Assembly: GCF_902652985.1 (NCBI RefSeq)
Contig: NC_047022.1
Coordinates: 14,446,001 to 14,510,000, forward strand
Origin: Pecten maximus
Lineage: Eukaryota
Length of the DNA stretch: 64,000 bases
Direction: 5' to 3'
Shown: positions 38,401-50,414 of the stretch, in pieces
Numbering within the stretch: position 1 is the stretch's first letter
Layout: the number at the start of each line of letters is the position of its first letter
The notes under the pieces: model-generated
The model's database searches: none
Seen by the model: the letters and a program-made list of their open reading frames with translations, nothing else
Told to the model about the DNA's origin: nothing
Translations under genes and position numbers: made by a program

Positions 38401-39357
38401 TTCAGTAAATTTATTGCTAGAGTTGATGTATTTCATTTAATGGAAAGACATCATCCAATGAAGCTGCTTACATAGTCTAGTCATTTCTGCTAGAATGTTC
38501 AGTATGTTTTAAGATATTACCATGTTCACACATTATATTGACATTTCATCAGTGTCATTTCTACTTTCTGAATCTTGTACAAGATATTGAAGACCTGGAT
38601 ACCATTTTATGAAGCTTCCTAACTTACAAATTTTTGTAATGTTTGCCTAAAACAGATTTATGAATTACTGAGCTTTTTGAATGTCACAGAATGGTACTGG
38701 CAAAATACTCATGGTCATGCATCTAAATTGTATGTATATTCGTAGACTGCGCCAGCAATCAATTAGTCTATTTTAAGACTGAACTAGAGTGTTAGGTCTA
38801 TCTGTGTGCAGTGAGGAAAATCTGTTAAAATTGTGTTGTTTCTGTTTATTTTACCGCATGATAAACAATATCCAATTGGAATTTTATAGAAAATTTTATT
38901 TGTTTCATTAATACGGTTTAGATTGAACAAAATAAAGTTTCTTGTCTGGGTACAGGACATGTCTCTGACGGACATACACTTTTCACTCTAAGTGTCATCT
39001 TTTTTAACCTCCCAAGTTAGAGAGCGGTATATTTTTACCAGGAGAACTTACGTTTTCGTAAGATATAAAAAAGTTACAAACACGTTTGTGAAACCAGCTT
39101 AAGAATTTCCCAAATATTTATGAAAATTCCTAAGTTATGAAGCTTTGTGAAATGGTACCCTGATTTCTTTGCCATCTCCCTATGTTGATGTACAACTGTC
39201 CCTTTGGTTGTTATGTGTTCCTCAATTTACAATGTACCAAGATAAGTATACTTTTACATTGACTTTACAGGAAGTTAATCAAAATCAGTAATCTGAAATA
39301 TTTTCCTATATTTTGTTCTTACTGCAATACATGAACGAGAAATGGCATGTGTCAGAC

Positions 39358-39737
39358 TAGCTCAGCTGTACTAAAGGCGAGCAAGATATTGCTGTGGTGC
39401 TGGGTTGTTCGTCTGACCGTATTCATCCAGCTGCAACTTTTTTCCTTCCAGTGACTTCTCTAGAAGATTTAGTGTAGGGTCACTACTTCTATCAAAGCAA
39501 AGGCCTAGATTCATGATATTTGACAGGTAGCTTCAGGGATGGACCCAACAAAGTTTCCCTAGAGAAATGCCTTAAAACCACGTTCAAGGTCACAGAGGTC
39601 AAAGTTCAAACATATAAAAGACTCCTAATGGTTAACTGAAAGGCTTAGAATCAAGTTTTTTTAATCAAATGAAATAATGAGAGTTGTTAAACAAGTGAAT
39701 ACTAGGTGAGTATTGCAGGCCCATTGGGCCTCTTATT
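39358..39737 (+). mobile_element. Helentron-associated (HINE-like) non-autonomous element
   Basis: 5' TAGCTCAGCTG, CAAGGTCACAGAGGTCAAA core, and 3' AGGTGAG...GGCCCATTGGGCCTCTT hairpin end. Confidence 0.55.
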
Positions 39738-41837
39738 ATCCGTTACTTTATTATTATTTTTTTTACTTTGGCATGGCACAAGTATTGATGATATTGTTAG
39801 TAGTACTCGTGTTGATTTGAGGTATAATCACACTCAATACCACTGGACAAATGTATAACTTCTGCAGTCAGTTTACATAAACTGATGTATAAAATTGTAC
39901 ATGTAGGTTCTGGGTGTAAATAATTACCTGTATATGATGATTGTGTATGTATATAAACAAATTTGTTAAGTTTTATTTTACGATGAGGGTATGATTAAAG
40001 ACATTTATTTTGCATGTCTGTACACATACATGTACATGTTGAGGAAGTCTGACCTTAATCTCAAATGTTACTTGTATGAATGCTTTGGTAATAACGAGCC
40101 ACAACAAGCCATGACTACATGTTTACTGTCATATTTAAACTTTCAAAAGTACATAACAATTGAATTGCTGCCTGTTGTTTACATTTACATTGGTAAGACT
40201 CCAAAAAATGCCATGTTACTATCATTAAGAAGATATAATCCATGTCCACAAAATAATGTCAGATCTCTTGAACCTATTGCAGGAAATACTTTCTAAAAAC
40301 AAAATTGAAAATGTTTTCAAAATAATTGTTTTTTTTTGTTTTTATTTGTGGAAGCCTACTGGTTTAAAGGGGTTATTGTTTGAAATGGCATTACATTTTT
40401 TCATACTTTCAAACTTATTACTGCAACATCAAACACCACAGGTGTGGTGATTAGGCACAAGTTTTACCCTTTTACAATGTTAATGCATCAATTATTTTTT
40501 GAAAGTGAACATTTTATTTTATGTATGGATATACTAGGTTTGTGACAGAGATGAATGTAGAAGAATATTTGAAATGGAAGTTACATGTGTGAGAGTTTGG
40601 GTCGGTAGTGTAAAGTTTCCCCATGTAGGTCTGCCCTCATTTCTGGCATTATGTTATAATGGTGCTTCGTAAATGTTGACCTTTGTAAGGCTATGTAATA
40701 AAGAAGAAAAGAACACACACACACACTTGTTATTTTCTTTGTTGGATACTGAAAACACATATTCTCAAATGAATTGATTTCAAATATTAAAGAAACATAG
40801 ATTGACATTTCTAGAGTTTTACAAGGGAAACTAATTTAAAAGGACATATCCTCCATTTGATATACCTGCCATGGAAAAAGTGATACCAGGTATATTTGCC
40901 TTTCCATGATTTCATTCCCAGGACATATCCGCTGTAATAATTGTGAAATAGGATCTTCAGGATCTGTGTGTACATCTTGGAAGACACCTTTTTCACACTA
41001 GAAGTATGTTGCTGAGAATATTTTGACCTTTGTACATTTTTGTTTTAAGAAGACAGTTCTGCAAGTGAATTAGTCCCCAACAAATTGAAATTATATGCCA
41101 AGAATGCACAGATGATGAATTTGTGTTGGAACTAATTCTAACACTGATTGTTTGACAGACCCACCGCTTTCTAAAATGTGAATGAATTCATAAATATTAC
41201 TTATGTAAGTTAATGAAATCGGAAGTTCAATGCAAGTGAACTCCATGTAAGATGAACCTATTCCCCAAGTAATAAGTTCTGCAGTGACAGGAAGAGAAGC
41301 AGATAAGACAATTCTTTGTCTTTGATGCAGGTCAAAGGTCAGAGTGACCTACATTTGATACATGTTGACCTTATATGTGAATCCATGAGCTAAGTTTGAA
41401 GTTCTTGTGACAAGTAGTGTTGAAGATAAAGCTTGGACAAACGTTTTCTTTGAATATATAAATCAAAAGTCAAAATGTAGGTCAGAGTGACCTACTTTTG
41501 GCACATGGCATATCACCTCTTCGTGGGGATCCCATGACCCAAGTACGAAGTTCCAGTGACAGTAGTAAGGATATAATAGAGCATAGACAAGTGTGGAAAT
41601 ATATCTCCTTCCTATTGCATTCTACATTAAATTACTGTGACCAATATTTGGACACTTGACCTTTAAGAATAAAATCCTTTCTGAATCGTGTATACATAGG
41701 TGTTATTTTGAAAATTCTTGAATGGTAACAGATAGAATTGAAATCAGGGTTATCTTAATAATTAACTCTGTTCAGAGTTATTTGTCTAAACTTTACAACA
41801 TAAATTCAAATGGTTTTTATACACATATCTTTTGAAA

Positions 41838-43080
41838 TTTTAGGTCACCCGAGACGAAAGTTGACCTATTTTAATTGACTTTAGTTCATCGTCTTCTCTC
41901 ATGCATCGTCCGTTTGTAAACAATTGATATTTTCAACTTCTCAATAACCAAGAGGCTAAAAGACCTGATATTGGGTGTATAGCATGCTGGGGTGAAGGGC
42001 TATGAAGCTTGTTCACATGAATGACTGATCTTTATTCAAGATCACATGGGTCAAATATGCTAAAATATATTAAACAACTTCTCACTAACCAAGAGGCCTA
42101 AGAGACTTGATATTGATAGTGATTCCTTACTAAGGAAGAGGCCCAGAGACATGATATTGGGCCTGTAGCATGCTTGGTTGAAGTGCTATCAAGATTAAGA
42201 CATGATATTGGGCCTGTAGCATGCTTGGTTGAAGTGCTATCAAGATTAAGACATGATGTTGGGCCTGTAGCATGCTTGGTTGAAGTGCTATCAAGATTGT
42301 ACAAATGAATGATCTTGACCTTCAATCAAGTCACAGGGGTCAGATATGCTAAAATATGTAAACAACTTCTCATTAAGCAAGAGGACTAGAGACCTGATAT
42401 TGTGCCTGTAGCATGCTTGGATGATGGGCTATTAAGAATGTTTAAATGAATGATGTTGACCTTCATTTAAGTTTACAGATGTCAAATATGCTAAAATCTT
42501 TAAACAACTTTTTTTCACTGAGGAAGAGGCCCAGAGACATGATATTGGGCCTGTAGCATGCTCGGTATAAGTGCTATCAAGATTGTTCAAACGAATGACC
42601 TTGACCTTCAATCAAGGCCATGGGTTTAAATATGCTAAAATCTTTAAAACAACTTCTCACTAACCAAGAGGCCTAGAGACCTCATATTGGGCCTGTAGCA
42701 TGCTGGGATGAAGTGATATCAAGATTACCCAAATGAATGACCTTGACCTTCATTCAAGGCTACAAAGATCAAATATTATAAAATCTTGAAAACAACTTTT
42801 TTTCATTAAGCAAAAGGTCTAGAGCTCCGATATTGGGCCTGTAACATACTTGGGTGAAGGGCTATCAAGGTTGTTCAAATGAATGACCTTGACCTTCATT
42901 CAAGGTCACATGGGTCAAATATACTAAAATCTTTTAACAAAATCTTCTCTCTAAGCAAGAGGCCCGGAGACCCAATATTTGGCCTTTAGCATGCATTGAC
43001 CTCAAATTCAAGTCACTGGAATCAAATCTGCCAAAATATATCTAAACTCAAGTGACTGTTACGGTCCACTGGCCTCCTAT
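41838..43080 (+). mobile_element. Helentron-associated (HINE-like) element with internal satellite array
   Basis: 5' TTTAGGTCACCCGAGACGAAAGTTGACCTATT, CGTCCGT microsatellite relic, ~6 tandem ~170-180-bp units (GATATTGGGCCTGTAGCATGCT...GAATGACCTTGACCTTCATTCAAGGTCACA) plus an internal triplicated ~51-bp subunit, 3' CAAGTGAC...GGTCCACTGGCCTC. Confidence 0.7.
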
Positions 43081-43567
43081 AATGGACTTGTAATGGAATA
43101 AAAATTGTATACTGCATGACTACTTGATTTCAGGCTTTGGGCAAGCTTCTTCTAGAGCCTTGGTCAGAATGGTGTTGTTTCTTTTCATCAAATTGAATGT
43201 TCTTGGTGTTTTAAGCAAGGAGGGGTGTCCAACAGTGACACTATGACATCAATGAAAAAAAAGTGTGTTGACATGCTTGTGACTATTTAAGATGAAATAC
43301 TCTGGTCTAAAATCGTATGCAGGAACGTTCTAAATTATCAAAATTCAAAGTAGGTATTGGCTAACAGGCCTTAAAAAAGGGCCTGATGAAACTTTGATTG
43401 GTATACCTTGCATTTGTTTGCAGTGGTCTTATTGTATGCCTTGTTTTATTTCCTTAAGTTAGTAGTAAACTTTATCTTGACAAAAAACTAAACAATTTGA
43501 TATTCGTTTCATAATATAATATTAAGTTTCAGTACAAAAATACATTGCATACATGTTACCATTAGTG

Positions 43568-46500
43568 CTATATAGAGTGTCGTAGCCTGGAATAGACGAC
43601 ATGAGCCACCCCTGACACCAAGGCATGGTTAGCGAACTCCAGAATATGTTGCACCAGCGGGTAGGCAGGTAATGGAATGTCATTGGCACAGAACTTTTTT
43701 ACTGGTGGACTGTAATCATGGTCACCTCCAACACATGGACTAGGGGGAGTTTGGCTGGTCCACCTCACAATCAGCTCCTTCATAAAGCTGGGAAAAACAA
43801 GGTCTACAATGCTCTCAGCTGGAGGCAAGTTGTCTATACAGTTTATGTGCTTTTGTTTGAAGTCCTCAACCCTTTGGGAAATTTTAGGCTCCAATTTGTG
43901 GAATTCTTTTCCCAACCAATGAGAGACAATGTGCAGAAAAGTGTTTCTTTGTGAGGAGTTGCCCCAGCTGTCATATGCAGTTTCAGTATTTCTGTCTGTC
44001 CCCAACATGTCCAGATAATCCTGTATTAACTGGAATGGAAAACCTTTGTTTTCTTCCAGGAACATATCCTGTATTAGTAACTGGAGTATAGTATGAAACC
44101 TCTTTATAAGAGGAGAGAGTTCTAGATTCTGAAGGTCTGTTTCCATTTGAACAAGATATTTAATTAAACTCTCCAGAACATTAATGCAATCCTTCATCAC
44201 ATCTTTTTTTGGGAAATGTTTTGAAAGGTATTTTTTCTTGCAGTTTATTTGGGAGCATTTCTTGTGATTCATAGTTCTATTTTCTGTACAATGTAAACAT
44301 TGCGGAGTAAGAACGACAATCATATCCATATTGATGTCTGTCTGAGGGGAGGCATTTCTATGTGTGACGGCCTTGGAGTCAGTCATAGGACAATCATGAA
44401 CTGAAGAGTCAAATTGATCAGTTTGAACACCCACTGAAATCTTTGTAACACTTCGTGGCACTGTGTCAATTTGTGTAGCTTTACTGCAGCAGAGAGGCTT
44501 GTGTACTAAGTTTTCAAACCTATATGCAGGGCATATTCCCCAAGATGTTTCCCCATTTTCTGTCACTGTTGATTGGAAGGATGGACAGGTCAATGACCCA
44601 CATGAGTGACAGAGATGGATGTTGACATCTACAGAAAGGTCCTTCTCTCCAAGTTCCTGTATATTGTCCTCACTTGTGTTAGAAGAATGGCAGGATAGGG
44701 CATTATCAGCGACCAGGGGTGCCTGTCCTACGTCTTTTTGGACATTCTCCTCTTCAGAATTAGATGTGTCCTTGTCATTCTCAATAGCATCCAGTAGGGA
44801 AGTTTCATTCATCTGGTTTATTTGTTTTGTTGAATTGTTGGAAGTTATATTTTCCTGTCTTGAATCATTGCTACCACTATCCCTGCCATGCTTAACCAGT
44901 TCTATGACAACCTCTCCTCCAGTCAGGGGAAACAACTCCTGCTCCACATCTGATCTAGGAGAATCTTTGTTACCCACGCCTGGTTCAGACAACTTGTAGG
45001 ATTCCTCTACAACTGGAGTGGAATCGCCTTGAGAACACTGAATATCCATGGTAACAGTAAGACTTTCTGGAAGATTATCATCATGATATCTGCAAAGCCA
45101 CATATCCTACAATAAAATAGTTTAATATTAATTCTACCATGCTTGCTATGCAACGCCAGTTTTGATTGGTTTAAAACCATGTATTATTTTCCAATAACCC
45201 ACGCTCGTGCCAATAATACACGCACGTGAGTCACGGCTGTTACAATTTTATATATCTAATATTCACCCATTTCATCAGCGGTCACCACAGCCGAGTGGGC
45301 TAATGGGTTAGTCTTTCAATAAATTTTTATCACGACGCGAGTTCGAATCCTACGGAGGCCCCCTTTTTTTCTTTGTTTTTTTTTTCTTTTTCTATCCTTT
45401 TTTTCAAAATCAATGCCATATGATAGATGCTCTTGATCGTAGTACTGTATTGCCTGTATATTTCATCAACAAATAATGCAATACTCAAGAAATAAAGTAC
45501 AAGGTTTTCTCTGGGTTTCTTTGCCGTTTTTCTATTAAAAAGAGGTCGATCTCAGAACTAAACAGTACATGGTAGAATAGAAATAATCAACTTTGACTCG
45601 TGTATTGTTGCAGCCTTCGTTATTAATTCAATTGCAAAATATCCTCGTCCTCGTATATCCTGCAATAATACACGAATCATCGTTAATTATTTCTTAAATA
45701 ACCGGCCAGCATCCTAGTAATCTAATATAAATGATATTTACATTAAATATAGTTATTGTTAATTTCTATTACTGAAATTAATTAAACCAGTCAACATAGC
45801 ACCATTATATTTCTTATTTGAAATTAACTGATAATTAATTAGTAGATGATTTCAAGAACCATAAACTTGACAACTCAATACTTGAACTGACTTGTAATTG
45901 GTTTACAAAACACTGTTGATTTCATTTAAGCTCTTCTCTAGAGAATGTAAATGATCACCTTGAGTTTAGACAGGCAGTCTCTTTGTACACACTTTTCCTG
46001 GTATTCAAATACCACCTGGAACACACCACAAATGTTGTAAAACCAAACAGTAGCGCTGTGACTCACTCCAACTACCCGGAAATCTGCAGAGAAGAAAAAG
46101 TTACAGTATAGAGAAATCTGCAGAGAGGAAAAAATTACACAGTGCATGGAGGAAAAAGGTAATAATTACCAAACAAGTTTAGCTATGGCACTTGGAAATA
46201 CAAAGGAATGTCACAGCCAGATTTTTTTTTAGGTAACAGCAGGTATAGTATGAAGATGAATTGGACCACATGCAGAAATCACATAATATAAACTCAGTTT
46301 ATGATGCTCTGCTATGCATTATAAAATTCAATCCATAGTGTAGTATGTGTACTATATTAATATTTTCATTATTCAAATCACCTACTTGTAGGACACCCAG
46401 GTATACCACTGGAACCATCAGATAACTACCCTGTACACTACTTACCTTTCAATAACAGTTTAGTTGCCATGCCATCTTTTGAATAACGTGCATGGATCCT

Positions 46501-49500
46501 GGTGAAATTTTTCGGCATTTGGGAGCAGCCACATAAAACATCACTTGCCAGAAACAACGGTATACCTTGTGACTGAAATTATTTTAAAAAATTGTTGATT
46601 TTTTCAATAAATTACATTTAAGTTTAACAAGCAATATATAATTCAAATCAAAATCCTCAACTCATCATCTCACCTAATACAAAACTGTTATTATGATTCG
46701 ACCTGGAACTGGGTCATGTACATGTATAATGTACATGCCTCCCAAAACACACAGTCGCCACAATGATTTACATGCCCCTCGTAAACAAAGGAGGCCATCC
46801 TTAAATGAACATAGCTGTTGATAGGATATCAAACAATACCAAACCAATCTAAATCCTCTTACTAGAAATAGGTTTGGTCAGTTAGGAAATCTTTTAATTT
46901 GTTTTTGACAGTTTAACTAAGGCTATATGGAGAAGGAATATCAACTTTGATAGTCCTTGATATAATCCTTCATTGAAATGGACAAAAACTTCAAGAAATT
47001 ACATGTAAAGTCTATAGGGTTACTAGAAACATACTGTTTGTTGTTATCTATTCCAGCCTATATATTCATTATTGGACTGAATATAACTCTTAACCCTTAC
47101 AGACAATTGCTGCAATGTCTTTTGTTTGATAAAATTTGTTCCCCGGATTTGGCATTTTTAGCAAATTTTTTGCAGCAAAAAAAAATCATTTTCAAGTCTA
47201 CCTTTGCAGCAATTTCCCACAACTTAAGTTACAAGAACCTGTACCTACATACTTGATTATGTTTGCAATTTACATGAACTTTGCAGCAGTTTTCCGTGAT
47301 CCCCGAGGATTCAAGAACCTGTACTTACAAATTTTTGTTTGCAAGAACTATGCTGAAATTTCTAATAGGTCAGTTTTAAATGTGAATTAGTCAACCCATG
47401 TTTTTTTTCTGTACATGTAGTTGATTTCAATCTGGTAAGATGGATTAGATTCTACTTCGTTGCCTGTTTATGCCTAAACAAAATCTTTTAAAAATATTAC
47501 TTTTTTTTCCACTCCTGGGATAGGCCTATTTCTTCTGAACCAGAGCTTGTCGCCATCTTGATTTAATACTATAGCTTAACATTGTGTAGTTTCATTTGTA
47601 TCTTTATTTTTTATATATTTTTTTTCTTTTTTCTTTTGCAATTGATCATGTTAAATAGCATGATTGGTAAGAAGTTAAGGGTAAGGTGACATAGAACTCC
47701 CAATCTCTCTTTTGTGTAAATAAAAGTAGAACTTGCACTTTCTATTTTGAAAACCATCATAGATGTTGACACCTTTTAATTGACAGTTGGGAATCAGTTG
47801 CATTTCCAATTAGACATTGATTATAATTGATAATTGGGACAACATTAGGTGAGATATTTCTAATTATTAGATATGCAACGGGTCAAAATATTTTACCAGT
47901 TACTTGTGTATATTTAGAAAGCTGAGCCCAAGAAAATTCCAATTATACTGCTCTTATGTAGATTTTAAAATGACAGATCTTTTCAGTCTCAAATTATTTT
48001 CATACAATGTAATAGAAATATATAGTCTTAATATAAGGATATCACTATGATATTGATATTTTTTAAAATTAAACCATAATTAAAATCTTCGAATGTGTGC
48101 CTGTATTTATGATTTATCTACATACAACATTGTCAAGAAATGGCAAAAATAGGCAAACAGTCGAGACAACTTTCAACAAATCCAGGATAAGAACAAATGA
48201 CTGGGCCCCCATCTTGTCAACTATCTGCATCATGCCTGAGGCAAGTTTTATAGATGGAGAGTAATATTTAACAAGTCATTAACCTAAAGGGAAAATGGAG
48301 ACATCCTCGATTTTACTAGACAGAGATGGATTTTACGATTGAATGTGCCCAACATAAAACATTTTCGAAAAATTAGTTTTTGTATTTGGCGAATTTCATG
48401 GTTTTTATTCTTCAGAGAAACGGTGATTTCGGACGCTTCGAAATCAGTGGAAATTGGCAAAAAATATTACTGCTCAAACAACAGTTGCTTATAGTAAGCA
48501 AAAGAGGTGCTGTTACCACAGGTACTAGGGGTAAGAAATTATATATTGTGAATATATATACTATATATAGCCTCGTATAATATATAAAATGGAGCCATTT
48601 TATACAGTAATACGAGGCTTTATGATACCTTTCCTTATTTTACACAATATAAAAAGTAGACAATAGAAATGCTATTTGAACCACATCCTCAAAAAAATGC
48701 TATTAACCAGGTTAATAGGCAAAAGTGCTATTTTTAATACCCGGAATAAACGCATTCATATTTTCGCGGGGTTTTTTGCGTTCTTTCTGATTGGACAATG
48801 TATACGCGTTTTCGACACTTTTTGCTTTCATTCTGATTGGACAATGTATACGGGTTTTCGACACCAAGACGAAGCGGACACAGTAATCGTTTAAGGGAAT
48901 GCTACAGGAACATTTTGGAAAATGGCTTCATCTGACAAATCGACAGCACTAACACAAAACGAGTAATAAAAACGCCAGCTAGCATGCTGAAAGACTATCC
49001 ACGGGGAAAATCATGAGTATTTGTGAAGGATTTGAACACTGGTTTGAGAGAAAAAAATGGAATGATTAATATGCTGGAATAATAAAACAGTTATTGTATG
49101 GGTATTTCTGGAAATAGCACTTGTATTGTCCCCCTTGACATTAACTATTTGCCTCGGCTTCGCCTCGGAAAATAGTTCATGTCTCGGGGGACAATAAAAG
49201 TGCTATTTCCCTCACACCCATACAAATAAAGTATATATATACAATATATAATTTCTTACCCCAAGTACCTGTTACGAATGATAGAGAGCGCATTGCCCGT
49301 TCGCGTAGCGAACTTAATGGTAGAGATGTCTCGGAAACCCCCCCTTTTCCCCCAATATACTTAAGAGTTCAAAAACTTTTTCAGTAACCGGAAACAGGAA
49401 GTCACGACAAGATCCAGTCTTGCGCAAGACTGTATTCAAAGTCACATTCTCGGGAGATTACAAAATATCAAGATTTTAAAAATATGCAAATGTTCACACT

Positions 49501-50198
49501 AGTTAGAATTTGTTAATAAAATTTATCACGAACAATTAAGTTCTTAATTTTTTATATTCAAAACGTAACGGTATAATTTTCAACGAAAATATTTCCGGTG
49601 TTTTACGAGTGCAGCTCCGGTCCGTTCGAGTTGCATGTATACAAGTTTACCAAATATAGCACATAAAATAAAGAGGACTTCCGAATTTTTTTGTTGTCGT
49701 CTGCTGCTCATCTGCGAGATCTGCTGTCCCGTCACCTTGTCATCGCTTAATCAGTCTATTTTAAGACTTATTCTACGATTAGTTTTTGTAGTAAGTTATC
49801 TAAATCATAATTCTTGTTGATATATACTTTATCACAAACCAGTGTATAGATCTGTTGGCAATATATTCATTTTGTAACGTGGGATTTACTATTCTAGTAC
49901 ACTAGATTATGTGTGCTTGTTTCTCGAATTCCATGGGCACCAGGATTGCTGCGCTCTCACATAGGCCTAGGCCATGCCTAAAATTATATTAAGAAGATAT
50001 TGAACATCGAAATCCAACCCAAATTTTAACAAATTAGGCTGTAGTAAAACAATATAACACACACAATACCTCATCCAGTGTTTCAGGGGCATTGATGCAT
50101 TTTTTATCTCGAAGTACGAGAAATCTTATTGATCTGCCACCGAGACATATTGACGATAACTTGATGCTTGCAGACGGTTGCTGCCTCGTATCCGCCAT
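43568..50198 (-). CDS. Uncharacterised ~639-aa protein: Bro-N-like N-terminus, acidic disordered linker with QT motifs, helical C-terminal domain; 4 exons
   Basis: Exons (-): 50198-50070, 46572-46446, 46083-45959, 45106-43568; GT-AG, phases 0/1/0 consistent, 1920 nt. ATG in AAGATGGCG context. The last exon contains the 511-aa ORF from the track. Confidence 0.85.
45131..45694 (-). mobile_element. Hairpin/ICR-type non-autonomous element, reverse orientation, containing a tRNA-like segment
   Basis: ATTCTACCATG (45131) pairs with CATGGTAGAAT (~45568), which abuts the hairpin AGAAATAATCAAC...GTTAATTATTTCT (to 45694). Internal AGCCGAGTGG...GAGTTCGAATCC (A/B-box-like) at ~45290-45350. Confidence 0.6.
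48519..49271. mobile_element. TIR element (~43-bp TIRs) with nested hairpin-type element(s)
   Basis: Left CAGGTACTAGGGGTAAGAAATTATATATTGT..ATATATACT and its inverted copy ending AAGTACCTG at 49271; flanks TTACCA / TTACGA; internal hairpins at ~48565-48622 and ~49090-49230. Confidence 0.7.
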
Positions 50199-50414
50199 CT
50201 TTAAACAATCATGATTTACTCCGAGCCTACTTTAAAAATAAAATAAAATATTTGGATATCGTATGTAAGCATTGAACATATGAAATAGAAGAAACTATTT
50301 GGAATCAGGTACAATATGTATATCTATAAGATTAAAATTCCCTGTATTTTTAATCCAACCAGTCTGAAGCCCTACTTCACTCCGAAGATTCTTTTGTCCA
50401 CATCCGGCTCGAAG
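50199..50414. promoter_or_regulatory. Bidirectional promoter region (uncharacterised gene / ZCCHC8)
   Basis: 216 bp between divergent ATGs; both ATGs lie in AAGATGGCG (YY1-like) context. Confidence 0.7.

Noticed and set aside
44619-44999. Antisense ORFs over coding exons (also 50372-50614, 33790-34005, 32658-32954)
   Set aside because: Shadow ORFs of real exons on the opposite strand.
50316-50414. Upstream ATG extending ZCCHC8 (ORF track start 50316)
   Set aside because: Recognisable similarity starts at MAEDMFGDSSLF (50415) in a strong context; the upstream part lies in the bidirectional promoter.
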